From the NCBI GenBank assembly GCA_042577505.1, contig JBHPEA010000002.1, positions 1 to 54,565 of the forward strand: a stretch of 54,565 bases of DNA, in the 5' to 3' direction. This DNA comes from Nanobdellota archaeon. Lineage in GTDB: Archaea > Nanobdellota > Nanobdellia > Woesearchaeales > JACQSR01. Made by a program: the position numbers and the translations under genes. The notes beneath the pieces are model-generated. The model did no database searches. It saw only the letters and a program-made list of their open reading frames with translations, and was not told the DNA's origin. Below are positions 39,835 through 49,833 of the stretch, piece after piece. The stretch's first letter is position 1; each line of letters begins with the position of its first letter.

Positions 39835-40905
39835 TTAAATGGTATCCCATTCCTTTTTTATATCAAAAAAAGATTTTCCATTGACGTTTATAAATAGAGA
39901 ATCCATACTTTTAGCCAATCCTTCATCATCCTTATTGTCACCCAGAACTAATACCTTAAAAAAATCTCGTTTATCCTTTTTAATATCAGTAAGACATTCA
40001 ACTACCATTAAATCGGAGGGTTTCCTTTCAGTTTTTGCTTGAACATATTTTGGATCAAAATAAAGATCTGGATTTATCTTAGCATAATACTCATCGGCAT
40101 AAGGACAATATTTCCATTTATGGATATGAACAGACCTCTTTTTTAATTCGTTATCGATAAAATCATTGATCTCATCCACAGTTTCAGTACCAAAGAATCC
40201 CCTCGCAACACCAGCTTGATTAGAAATTACACATATAGTGGTGTTATACACAGATTGTAGATACTGAAGAAAAGATATCACATCATCTTTGAACACTACA
40301 TTTTCTTTCCAATTTCTTTCTTTACCTAAAAAACCTTCATCTTCAATAAGCGTTCCATCCCTATCAACACAAACTAAGAGATCTTTTCTTTTTACCTCAC
40401 TTTGAATATACTTAATAATGTTTGTTGTAGAAAGGGGCTGTTCAATTGTATACTTAATCTCCCCTCCAACCTCTGAAATAGTCTCCCTTTCTTTAATTAT
40501 TCCAGGTGTTTGTTTGTCAACAAAATCAGGTCCCTTGATGTAGTAATTTGGTTTCATTTCTTTTATGACATCAACACCAAGATTGTAATGTGATACAACA
40601 ACAAAATCAACAAAAGATAATGAAGCTACTGAATAAGCTCTTAAACGTTCATCATAAACTGGTCTTCCCTTGCCTTTCCTTTCCCCCACAAATTTATCAG
40701 AAGTTATTGAAACTATTAGAACATCACATAATCTCTTCGCAGATTCAAAATGTCTTATATGACCGGGGTGCAATAAATCGAATCCCCCATGACATAGGCC
40801 CACACTCTGTCCAACTTCTTTAGACTGCTCCACAATCAATTTAGCTTTATCTAAAGATACAACCTTCTCTGATACATATGCTCCCATGTTTGTTACTTCA
40901 ATCAT
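39835..40905 (-). CDS. Fusion protein: HldE-domain-II/HldC-like heptose-1-phosphate nucleotidyltransferase plus GmhB-like HAD phosphatase
   Basis: The N-terminal half has CHGGFDLLHPGHIRHF...IVSITSD...KG..RPV (cytidylyltransferase fold). The C-terminal half has VCVDRDGTLIED, ISNQAGVARG, RKPS and LGDNKDD (HAD motifs I-IV, GmhB-like). Confidence 0.75.
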   Translation of the reverse strand: MIEVTNMGAYVSEKVVSLDKAKLIVEQSKEVGQSVGLCHGGFDLLHPGHIRHFESAKRLCDVLIVSITSDKFVGERKGKGRPVYDERLRAYSVASLSFVDFVVVSHYNLGVDVIKEMKPNYYIKGPDFVDKQTPGIIKERETISEVGGEIKYTIEQPLSTTNIIKYIQSEVKRKDLLVCVDRDGTLIEDEGFLGKERNWKENVVFKDDVISFLQYLQSVYNTTICVISNQAGVARGFFGTETVDEINDFIDNELKKRSVHIHKWKYCPYADEYYAKINPDLYFDPKYVQAKTERKPSDLMVVECLTDIKKDKRDFFKVLVLGDNKDDEGLAKSMDSLFINVNGKSFFDIKKEWDTI

Positions 40906-42440
40906 AAGTCTCTAAAACCCTTAATCCCCTTTAGGCTAAAAAGGTTTTTAATAAGTTTAATTTTTTCTTTTGTTATTACTCCAAAAAAGAATAAAGAACC
41001 TACGTAAACAGCTAAAGACAATAGAAAAATAAAACCTCCATTAATTAAAAAATTGATGTTGATATTACCAAAATCAAATATTGCAATTCTCTCTTTCATT
41101 AAAAAACCGACTCCAATAAAGAAAAAAGTGGAAATAAGAACTTTTAAATTGTCTAAAAATAAAAATTTAAACTTAATCGTTTTCCTTAACATGGTAATAA
41201 ATAAGACCATTATCAAGGAAAAAGATATACCTGTTGCTACTGCTGCACCTAATCCTCCATAGAGAGATATTAAAATTACATTAAGTATAATATTTACCAC
41301 TAAACCACTCAAAGTTATTATGCTACTTTTTCCTGGCTGACCTGTTGCTAACATTAATTGTTCTAGAATTTGATTCGTCATCTTTACAATCATAACAAAA
41401 CAAAATATCTGTAAAATAATCTCTGAAGATTCAAAACCAGCACCAAAAATAAAAAATATTACATTCGGGGCGAAGACAAAAAAGAATGCTGCTAGAGGTA
41501 AAATAAAAATCAAAAGGTTATTGAATAAAAAATTAACTATATTGGAAAGCTCACTCACATTATTCTCATGCCATAATTTTGCAAATAAAGGAGTAATAAT
41601 AAATGTTAACTGCAACAAAACAAGTGGAAGAATCTGAGCAGCAGAAAGCCCAGAAACATAATACCCTACTTCCTCAGCACCTACAATAACCTGAATTAAA
41701 AAGGTATCAACACTCAATAATAAAACTGCAGATATGCCTCCTAAAATCATGTAGCTCCCATACTTAAATACTTCTTTAAACAAATCCTTACCAAGATAAA
41801 ATGGCGCTCTAAAAACATCATTATGTTTAAAATAAAACCAAACAATTGAAAAAAGTGACACTGCTATAGTTGCTAAAAGATAAACTACAACGGGGACTTC
41901 ATACACATGGAGGTAAGAAAAACCTAAGTAAGATAGTACAAATATCAATATCCGAAGTAAGAGTTCATTGAATCTTGATTGTCTTTGTTCATGAAAAGAT
42001 TCAAAGAAAACGTTATTCGTTTTATATACTGTTTCCATGATCCAAAATAAAATAAAAACATTGAAAATAAACGATATATGCCCTTCATTTCTATAAACAG
42101 CTGTGATGATGATCTCTTTTACAAGAAACAATATTACTGCAATGATAAGGGACATAATAAAAGTAAATCCGTGACTCAAGAAATACAATGTCTTTACTTT
42201 TGAAAAATCTTTTTTAACAATGTATTTTCTTGTATAAAAAATCGTAGCAGACCCTAAACCCCAATCTCTCAAGAATGTAAAGATCAAAAAAATTGAGAAA
42301 AGACCAAAAAATAATCCATAATCTACTATGTCCAATTTCCTAGCATAAAGTGCCCTTGTGAAATAACTAAAGAAAATTGCAATGTATGAAAACAGATATA
42401 CAATAACTGTATCCCTTGCAATTTTTTTATAATCAAGCAT
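40902..42440 (-). CDS. MOP-superfamily flippase (second Wzx-like)
   Basis: A 512-aa polytopic membrane protein with a 4-nt overlap onto the downstream fusion gene. Confidence 0.7.
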   Translation of the reverse strand: MLDYKKIARDTVIVYLFSYIAIFFSYFTRALYARKLDIVDYGLFFGLFSIFLIFTFLRDWGLGSATIFYTRKYIVKKDFSKVKTLYFLSHGFTFIMSLIIAVILFLVKEIIITAVYRNEGHISFIFNVFILFWIMETVYKTNNVFFESFHEQRQSRFNELLLRILIFVLSYLGFSYLHVYEVPVVVYLLATIAVSLFSIVWFYFKHNDVFRAPFYLGKDLFKEVFKYGSYMILGGISAVLLLSVDTFLIQVIVGAEEVGYYVSGLSAAQILPLVLLQLTFIITPLFAKLWHENNVSELSNIVNFLFNNLLIFILPLAAFFFVFAPNVIFFIFGAGFESSEIILQIFCFVMIVKMTNQILEQLMLATGQPGKSSIITLSGLVVNIILNVILISLYGGLGAAVATGISFSLIMVLFITMLRKTIKFKFLFLDNLKVLISTFFFIGVGFLMKERIAIFDFGNININFLINGGFIFLLSLAVYVGSLFFFGVITKEKIKLIKNLFSLKGIKGFRDL

Positions 42441-42623
42441 TGATTTTGCTAAACCTTATCCCTTTTTAAATATTCACGAACGTAATAAGAAACTTTTAAA
42501 AGAACCTTTTTACTACCTTACGTTGAAAAGAGATGTTAAAAAACTTCAAAGCGAATAAAAAGAATGTATTGATTAATCTATTTTCTAATAGCTATTTACG
42601 GGAACATATAAGGGGGGATCTTT

Positions 42624-43322
42624 ATGACTAAAATTTTAGGAATAATCCCTCAAAGGAAAGGATCTAAAGGGCTTCCAGGTAAAGGAACCATCGATCTAAA
42701 TGGAAAGGCCGTAATAGAGTACACCCTAAGTTCAGCAAAAAAGGCATCATTAATTGATAAAATCATAGTTTCCACAGATGATGATAAAGTTTCAAGTATT
42801 TCTTCAAAATGGGACGTGGATGTTGTCAACAGACCTCCAGAAATCGCTCAAGATGATACACCTATGATTGATGTGATAAAACATTCCATTGAGTACTTTA
42901 AAAACAAAGGAGAAATATTCGACACTGTTGTTCTACTCCAACCCACTTCACCATTACGTAAAAATGATGACATTAACAAGGCTATAACTCAGTTTAAAGA
43001 TAAAGATGCTAAATCTTTAATCAGCATGGGTGAAGTCTCCCATGAAAATCCGTATATATCTTTTACAATCAATAATGGAATAATTGAACCATTCCTTAAA
43101 GAAAAAAATAATTTCACTAGAAGACAAGAGCTTCCGAAAGTCTTCTTTCCCTATGGATTAATTTTCATAGCAAAAACAAAAGATCTGCTTGAGAAAGGAT
43201 CTTTCTATATGGAAAATACAATTCCTTATTTCATCGAAAGATGGCAATGCTATGAAATTGATGATATTCATGATTTAAAAGCAATTGAAGCAATTATGAA
43301 GTACAAAAACAATGAGGTGTAA
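42624..43322 (+). CDS. neuA: CMP-nonulosonic acid synthetase (acylneuraminate cytidylyltransferase family)
   Basis: IIPQRKGSKGLPGK and LLQPTSPLR motifs, about 230 aa. Confidence 0.85.
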   Translation: MTKILGIIPQRKGSKGLPGKGTIDLNGKAVIEYTLSSAKKASLIDKIIVSTDDDKVSSISSKWDVDVVNRPPEIAQDDTPMIDVIKHSIEYFKNKGEIFDTVVLLQPTSPLRKNDDINKAITQFKDKDAKSLISMGEVSHENPYISFTINNGIIEPFLKEKNNFTRRQELPKVFFPYGLIFIAKTKDLLEKGSFYMENTIPYFIERWQCYEIDDIHDLKAIEAIMKYKNNEV

Positions 43323-43326
43323 TTAA

Positions 43327-44700
43327 ATGGATTTATTAGAAATTACCATAAAGAAGAATTCAACATTAAAAGAAGCTATGTCTTCAATAGATTCCACAGG
43401 AATAGGTCAAGTTTTGATAGTAGATGATGATTCAAAACTCCTTGGAATTGCAACTGATGGAGATATAAGACGGGCATTAATTAAAGGTGAACCTGTAACA
43501 ACCCCTATAGAGAGTTTAATGAACAAAGACATTATAAAATTGAGGCAAGAGGATATTGAGAATAAAAGCCAAGTACATGAAACTGTTAACCACCTTAAAA
43601 ACCGTCAAAAAAATGCTCATTATCTTCCAATTGTTAATAGTTCAGATATTTTAACTGATTTTGTGAGCATAAAAGATCTCCAAAAAACTGGAAAGTTAAC
43701 ATCAATACCAGAAATTCTCGAAAAGACCAACAAAAAAGTCAAACACGTTTTGCTAATCGGTGGTGCAGGATACCTTGGAACAATATTGACTCGAAAACTA
43801 TTAGAGAAATCCTACAACGTTCGTGTCTTTGATATCTTATACTTTGGTGACAGCCATCTCAAGGAGTTTTTCGACAATCCAAATTTTGAATTAATTAAAG
43901 GTGACATGAGAAATATTGCCGAAGTAAATAAAGCACTTATGGGAATCGATGCAGTAGTTTTACTTGCAGGTCTCGTTGGCGATCCTGCTTGTAAAGTCTC
44001 TCCTGAAGAAACGCTTGAAACAAACTTCTTAGCTACTAATATGGTCGCCGATGCTTGTAAATACCATCAGATAAATAGATTTTTATTCGCTTCTTCGGCA
44101 TCAGTATATGGCGTTCAAGATGGTATAGTTAACGAAACTTCGAAATTAAATCCTGTATCATTGTACGCAAGATCTAAAATCATATCTGAAGAAGCGATAT
44201 TGAGACTTATTGATGAGAATTTTGCTCCCACCTTTCTTAGAATGGGTACCTTATATGGATATTCCCCACGAATGAGATTTGATCTTGTTGTAAATATTCT
44301 TACAATGAAAGCTGCGACTGAAGGTAAAATCAAAATATTTGGTGGTAAACAGTGGAGACCCTTTTTACATATCGAAGATGCTGCAGATGCCTACGTAAAA
44401 GTCCTAGAAGCAGATATTAACAAAGTAAAGGGAGAAGTATTCAATGTGGGTGCTGAGGACCAAAACTGTCAAATCGCCCAATTAGGTGAGTTTGTTAAAG
44501 AAGCATATCCAAATGTAATCATTGATACAATAGAAAAAGACGAAGATATCCGGAATTATAAAGTCACTTCAAAAAAAATCGAAGAAACTCTTGGATTTAC
44601 GTCAACGAAATCTATTAAGGATGGTATTAACGAAATAAAAGCAGCGTTAGAATCAGGAGAAGTCAAAGATCCCTTAGATAGAAAACATTACAATTCATAA
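43327..44700 (+). CDS. CBS-pair domain fused to an extended-SDR nucleotide-sugar epimerase/dehydratase
   Basis: An N-terminal region of about 120 aa has CBS features (GIGQVLIVDDDSKLLGIATDGDIRR). It is followed by IGGAGYLGT Rossmann and YARSK catalytic motifs. Confidence 0.8.
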   Translation: MDLLEITIKKNSTLKEAMSSIDSTGIGQVLIVDDDSKLLGIATDGDIRRALIKGEPVTTPIESLMNKDIIKLRQEDIENKSQVHETVNHLKNRQKNAHYLPIVNSSDILTDFVSIKDLQKTGKLTSIPEILEKTNKKVKHVLLIGGAGYLGTILTRKLLEKSYNVRVFDILYFGDSHLKEFFDNPNFELIKGDMRNIAEVNKALMGIDAVVLLAGLVGDPACKVSPEETLETNFLATNMVADACKYHQINRFLFASSASVYGVQDGIVNETSKLNPVSLYARSKIISEEAILRLIDENFAPTFLRMGTLYGYSPRMRFDLVVNILTMKAATEGKIKIFGGKQWRPFLHIEDAADAYVKVLEADINKVKGEVFNVGAEDQNCQIAQLGEFVKEAYPNVIIDTIEKDEDIRNYKVTSKKIEETLGFTSTKSIKDGINEIKAALESGEVKDPLDRKHYNS

Positions 44701-45860
44701 TGATTAGAATTAAAGATAGGTTTATTGGGGGTAACAATCCTACATTCATAATAGCAGAAGCAGGAGTAAACCACAATAGAGATGTAAAATTAGCAAAACA
44801 AATGGTTGATGTAGCTAAAGAATCTGGTTCTGATACAGTTAAATTTCATGCATATAAGACTGATGAAATCTATATTCCTCAAGCCGAGCTTCCAGAATAC
44901 GTTAAAAGAAATATGGGATCAAAGAAATCCTATTTTGATATGGCAGAATCATTAAGATTAGATGACCGTGAGTTATTCGAATTAAAAAGATATTGTGATG
45001 CAAATGGAATACTTTTTTCTTGTACTCCTTATGGCGATTATGGTATCAAACTAATGAATTATATGAACTGCGAATTTTTTAAGGTAAGTTCAACTCATCT
45101 GACCTGTACCCCATTTCTAAAAAAATTGGCAAGAACACAAAAGCCAATAATCATTTCAACCGGAATGTCCACCATTGAAGATGTTAAGAGCGCTATCAAG
45201 TCAATAGAAGAAGAAGGAAACAATAAGATAATAATCCCTCATTGCACAACGAACTATCCATGCCCTTTTAACGAAGTTAATCTCAATGTTTTATACCAGT
45301 ATAAATCTTTGTTCAATTATCCAATAGGCTACTCTGACCATACTGAAGGGATTACTGTACCAGTAATTGCTTCAATTATGGGTGCCTCAATTATTGAAAA
45401 ACATTTTACTCTTGACAGAAATATGCGGGGCCCTGACCACAAAGCTTCTCTCGAACCAAACGAACTAAAAAATATGGTATCCTCAATTAGGTATTTTGAA
45501 AAAAATAAACCACAAAACTTATTATTAGCTCTTACCGAATTAAAAGAAAGGTTCAATCCCAAGGAACTAGAAAAGGTGTCTGATCTTCAAACATTCCTAC
45601 TTAAAATCCTAGGTAAACAAATCAAAGAACCCTCAGATTCAGAGAAAAAAATTATGTCAAAGGCCAGAACAAGTATTGTTTCTTCTATAGATATAAACGA
45701 AAACGTTGTTATCAACGAGAATATGCTAAAATATACTAGACCTGGGACTGGTATCCCTCCAAAAGATTATCTAAATGTAATTGGAAAGAAAGCCACTACA
45801 TTTATCCCAAAAAACAACTTACTTGAATTAACTGAACAGGGAATTGGTTACAAAAAATGA
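44700..45860 (+). CDS. neuB: Nonulosonic acid synthase (NeuB/LegI/PseI family) with a C-terminal SAF domain
   Basis: FIIAEAGVNHN, EKHFTLD..M.GPDH.ASL and an RPGTGIP SAF domain. An extra segment of about 35 aa sits between the barrel and the SAF domain. Confidence 0.85.
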   Translation: MIRIKDRFIGGNNPTFIIAEAGVNHNRDVKLAKQMVDVAKESGSDTVKFHAYKTDEIYIPQAELPEYVKRNMGSKKSYFDMAESLRLDDRELFELKRYCDANGILFSCTPYGDYGIKLMNYMNCEFFKVSSTHLTCTPFLKKLARTQKPIIISTGMSTIEDVKSAIKSIEEEGNNKIIIPHCTTNYPCPFNEVNLNVLYQYKSLFNYPIGYSDHTEGITVPVIASIMGASIIEKHFTLDRNMRGPDHKASLEPNELKNMVSSIRYFEKNKPQNLLLALTELKERFNPKELEKVSDLQTFLLKILGKQIKEPSDSEKKIMSKARTSIVSSIDINENVVINENMLKYTRPGTGIPPKDYLNVIGKKATTFIPKNNLLELTEQGIGYKK

Positions 45861-46969
45861 AGAAAATTGCATATCTTACTGGATCTCGTGCAGATTTTGG
45901 AAGAGCCACATATTTTCTAAAAGAAATTGAAAAAGATCCTGATCTTGAACTTCATATTATTGCAACGGGGATGCACTTTCTCGACAGTTATGGAAAAACA
46001 ATTAATGAAGTAGAAAAAGAATTCAATATTTCAAAGAAAATCGAAATTTACCCAAAAAACGATTCCAATGAAGAAATGGCAAAAGTTTTTGGAGAAATGG
46101 TATCTGAATTCTCAAGAATTTTTAATGAGATAAAACCTGATACATTAATTGTCTTAGGGGATCGTGGTGAGATGTTAGCAGGAGCAATATCTGCTCAACA
46201 CATGAATATTCCAGTCATCCATATTGGAGGTGGCCATAGATCCGGATCAATTGATGATAGGATAAGGGACAGTATAAGCATTTTTTCTAATTATCATCTA
46301 GTTGCAAGCGAAAAAACATCATATGAAGTTGCAAAACTAGGAATAAAAAATGAAAATATTCATATTGTCGGAGCCCCTGACCTAGAAGTCATAGATAAAA
46401 AGGATTTTTCTGGAAGTGATGAAATAATTAATAAATATTCTATTGATATTTCAAAACCTTTAGTGATCTTCTCACTTCATAGCAATACAACTGAAGTAAA
46501 TGACACACCTAATCAAATCAAAACAGTGTGTGAAGCACTATTAGAAGTTAATCTACCCACTATTGTGATATATCCCAACTCAGATGCAGGCGGTAAAATT
46601 ATTATTGAAGCTATAGACAATGTACTGTCAAAAAATTCTAATTTTAAAATATATGATAATATCCCTTACAAAGATTTCTTAGGATTAATGAGTATATCTT
46701 CATTAATGATTGGTAATTCAAGTGCAGGGATTATTGAAGCTCCCTCCTTCGGTTTACCAGTTATTAATATAGGGTCAAGACAAAAAAATAGAGAAAGATC
46801 CATTAATGTCACCGACGTAGATTTTGATAAAATCGCAATAATAAATTCTATAAAAGATTCACTTCATGACAAAGAATTCATACAAAAAGCAAAGAACTGT
46901 AAAAATCCTTATTACAAAAAAGATACAAGTAAATCTATCTTGAGGTTAACTAAAGAATCATTAAAATGA
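45857..46969 (+). CDS. neuC: Hydrolysing UDP-sugar 2-epimerase (NeuC/LegG family)
   Basis: KIAYLTGSRADFG, VLGDRGEML, HIGGG and GNSSAGIIEAPSFG motifs. Confidence 0.85.
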   Translation: MKKIAYLTGSRADFGRATYFLKEIEKDPDLELHIIATGMHFLDSYGKTINEVEKEFNISKKIEIYPKNDSNEEMAKVFGEMVSEFSRIFNEIKPDTLIVLGDRGEMLAGAISAQHMNIPVIHIGGGHRSGSIDDRIRDSISIFSNYHLVASEKTSYEVAKLGIKNENIHIVGAPDLEVIDKKDFSGSDEIINKYSIDISKPLVIFSLHSNTTEVNDTPNQIKTVCEALLEVNLPTIVIYPNSDAGGKIIIEAIDNVLSKNSNFKIYDNIPYKDFLGLMSISSLMIGNSSAGIIEAPSFGLPVINIGSRQKNRERSINVTDVDFDKIAIINSIKDSLHDKEFIQKAKNCKNPYYKKDTSKSILRLTKESLK

Positions 46970-47637
46970 TAAAAGCAATAATTTTTGATTTGGACGACAC
47001 ACTTTACTTAGAAAGAGATTTTGTATATTCTGGTTTTAACGCCGTTGCAAATCATATCCATTCCACTTTAAATATTCCAATAGAAGGTATTTTAGATTCA
47101 CTAAAAAAAGGATTTGACGATGGCATACGAAATAAGAATTTTAACGAATTGATAGATAAAAAAAATCTACAAATAGATGTTAATGAATTAGTCTCAATAT
47201 ACCGCGACCATACACCAGAAATTAGCTTATGTGAAGACTCTGCTCTCATGTTACCTAATCTAAAAAATAAATTCAAAATTGGATTATTAACAGATGGTTA
47301 TCCTGAAACACAACAAAATAAAATAGATGCGTTAGGTGTATCCAACTTCTTTAACAGTATTCTAATTAATGACTTATCTAAAAACGAGAACAAAGTGGAT
47401 AATAATAGTTTTGAAATAATTCTCGCTTTGTTAAATGTAAAAGGAAATGAAACGATCGCAATAGGCGATAATCCAAAAAAAGACTTTGAAATACCCCATT
47501 CCCTTGGAATAAGGACCATAAGAATTAATCGCCCAAATAGTCTTCATAACGATGTTCCAGAGTATCCTCATACTGATTTCGCAATAGAAAACCTCAGCAC
47601 TCTCACAAAAATAATTCAGGAGATTGAAAATGATTAA
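46966..47637 (+). CDS. HAD-superfamily hydrolase
   Basis: IIFDLDDTLY (motif I), LLTDG and IGDNPKKDF (motif IV). Confidence 0.75.
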   Translation: MIKAIIFDLDDTLYLERDFVYSGFNAVANHIHSTLNIPIEGILDSLKKGFDDGIRNKNFNELIDKKNLQIDVNELVSIYRDHTPEISLCEDSALMLPNLKNKFKIGLLTDGYPETQQNKIDALGVSNFFNSILINDLSKNENKVDNNSFEIILALLNVKGNETIAIGDNPKKDFEIPHSLGIRTIRINRPNSLHNDVPEYPHTDFAIENLSTLTKIIQEIEND

Positions 47638-48595
47638 TGTATTGATAGTACCAGCAGGATCAGGTATGGCTATTGCAGCAATTCAGGCATTAAAAAAAAC
47701 TAAAGACATAAGAATTGTTACTGCAGACTCAAATAAACTATCCCCAGGTCTCCATCTCTCCCAAAAAGGATATTTAATTCCTCTTTTCAAAGAACCTAAT
47801 TTTTATAATTCCCTTTTCAACATTATTGACAAAGAAAAAATTGATGTCGTTATACCTGCCTACGATACAATACTTCATGAATTCTCTGAGAAAAATGAAG
47901 AGTTCGAAAAACATGGTACAAAACTATTACTATCTTCACCAGAAGCAATATCTGCCACCAGAGATAAATGGATTACTTATCAAAAATTAAAAGATCAGGT
48001 ATCTTTCCCAATATCATTCATACAGAAAGAAGATATTGATATAGACTACCCTTTGCATATCAAACCTAGGGATGGATCTGGTTCCATAAATACATTTAAG
48101 ATAGAGAACGAAGAAGAATTAGATTTTTACTTAAAAAAAGTGCCAAATCCAATAATACAGGAGTTTCTTCCAGGTAAAGAGTACACTGTTGATTGTTTAG
48201 CTAATAACAAAGGAGAATTGATGGTAAATATCGCCAGAGAGAGGATTGAAACAAAAGCAGGTATCTCTACTAAAGGCCTTATAGTAAATAACAATAAAAT
48301 CAATGAAATTGCGAAAACGATTTCGCAATTGATAAAATTTTACGGTCCTTTTTTCTTTCAGGTGAAAGAAGATAAATTCGGCAATCCGAAAGTCATGGAA
48401 ATAAACCCAAGAATCTCTGGGACAATGTCACTTTCTTCCTATTCTGGAGTTAATATCCATGAACTAGCTATCAGACAATGTATGAATCAACATTTTACAA
48501 TTCCTGAGATAAAATATGGGATATATATCTCCAGATACCTTCAAGATTTATATTTTGATGAAAAAGACTTCAATATTCAAAAAGAGGGCCAATAA
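47624..48595 (+). CDS. ATP-grasp domain ligase
   Basis: IKPRDGSGS, IIQEFLPGKEYTVD and MEINPRISGT are typical ATP-grasp segments. Confidence 0.8.
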   Translation: MKMINVLIVPAGSGMAIAAIQALKKTKDIRIVTADSNKLSPGLHLSQKGYLIPLFKEPNFYNSLFNIIDKEKIDVVIPAYDTILHEFSEKNEEFEKHGTKLLLSSPEAISATRDKWITYQKLKDQVSFPISFIQKEDIDIDYPLHIKPRDGSGSINTFKIENEEELDFYLKKVPNPIIQEFLPGKEYTVDCLANNKGELMVNIARERIETKAGISTKGLIVNNNKINEIAKTISQLIKFYGPFFFQVKEDKFGNPKVMEINPRISGTMSLSSYSGVNIHELAIRQCMNQHFTIPEIKYGIYISRYLQDLYFDEKDFNIQKEGQ

Positions 48596-48639
48596 ATTTA
48601 TAAATCTACCATCAATATCTTCGCCTAAAGGGGTGTAAT

Positions 48640-49809
48640 ATGGACAAACCAGCAATACTAGGAGGGAAACCTGCATTCGACAATCCTGTACCTATTACCA
48701 AACCATTGCTTCCTTCTTACTTTTCATTGGAAGAAAATGCCAAATCGATGTTCTCTTCTGGTATGATAACTAATAGTACTTTAGTGAAACAATTTGAGGA
48801 ATCAGCAAGAAATTATCTTGGATCTAAACATTGTGTTGCTCTTTCAAGTTGTACTTCTGGGTTAATGTTGTCCCAAAAGGCCCTGAACTTAACAGGAGAG
48901 GTTATATTGCCCTCATTCACATTCTTCGCGACAGGTCATTCAATCTTGTGGAACAATCTGAAACCAGTTTTTGTGGATATAGATCCAAAAAGTTATCAGA
49001 TCAATCCAGAAAAGGTAAACGAAGCGATAACAGAAAAAACTTCGGCAATTCTAGCAGTACATATATTTGGAAATCCAGCACCCGCATTAGAACTAGAAAA
49101 GATTGCATCAGATAACAACTTGAAATTAATCTTTGATTCTGCTCATGCATTCGGTGCTAAGATAGGTAATCAAAATGTTGGTACATTTGGTGATGTTGAA
49201 GTGTTCTCCTGTTCACCAACAAAACTGATGATTACTGGTGAAGGGGGCGTATGTTCAACAAATAATGAAGAATTACAAAGAAAATTATCAATTGGAAGAA
49301 ACTATGGTGATGGTGGGAATTATGATCCAGATTTCCTTGGGCTTAATGCTCGTATGTCTGAATTTAATGCTGCTCTGGGTATAGAATCTATAAAATTAAT
49401 AGAGAATAATATTGAAAGACGAAAAGAAATCTCAGAAATCTATCAAAAGGAATTATCAAAATTACCCGGAATTTCATTTCAGAAAGTTTTACCCAACAAT
49501 AAAGTCACATATAAAGACTCAGCAATACTCATAAACCCGATTGAATTTGGAATTAACAGAGACCAACTGAGTGAAGCATTATTAAAAGAAAATATAATCA
49601 CCAAGAAATATTTTTATCCTCCTCTTCATCTTCAAAAAGTCTTTAAGGAGTTCTCTAATTATGATGAAAAATTACCTGTAACTAAATTCATATCAAAGAA
49701 TATTCTAAGTATTCCTTTATTCTCAAAGATGTCTGACTACGATGTCTTTAAGGTAATTGAATCATTTAAAAAAATCCATGAATATAGGAATGAACTTTCA
49801 TCGACATAA
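48640..49809 (+). CDS. DegT-family sugar aminotransferase (third copy; LegC/PseC-like context)
   Basis: SCTSGLMLS, DSAHAFGA, FSCSPTKLM (the PLP lysine), and its position in the NulO operon. Confidence 0.88.
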   Translation: MDKPAILGGKPAFDNPVPITKPLLPSYFSLEENAKSMFSSGMITNSTLVKQFEESARNYLGSKHCVALSSCTSGLMLSQKALNLTGEVILPSFTFFATGHSILWNNLKPVFVDIDPKSYQINPEKVNEAITEKTSAILAVHIFGNPAPALELEKIASDNNLKLIFDSAHAFGAKIGNQNVGTFGDVEVFSCSPTKLMITGEGGVCSTNNEELQRKLSIGRNYGDGGNYDPDFLGLNARMSEFNAALGIESIKLIENNIERRKEISEIYQKELSKLPGISFQKVLPNNKVTYKDSAILINPIEFGINRDQLSEALLKENIITKKYFYPPLHLQKVFKEFSNYDEKLPVTKFISKNILSIPLFSKMSDYDVFKVIESFKKIHEYRNELSST

Positions 49810-49833
49810 AGTTATATATTCCATCTCTTAAAA

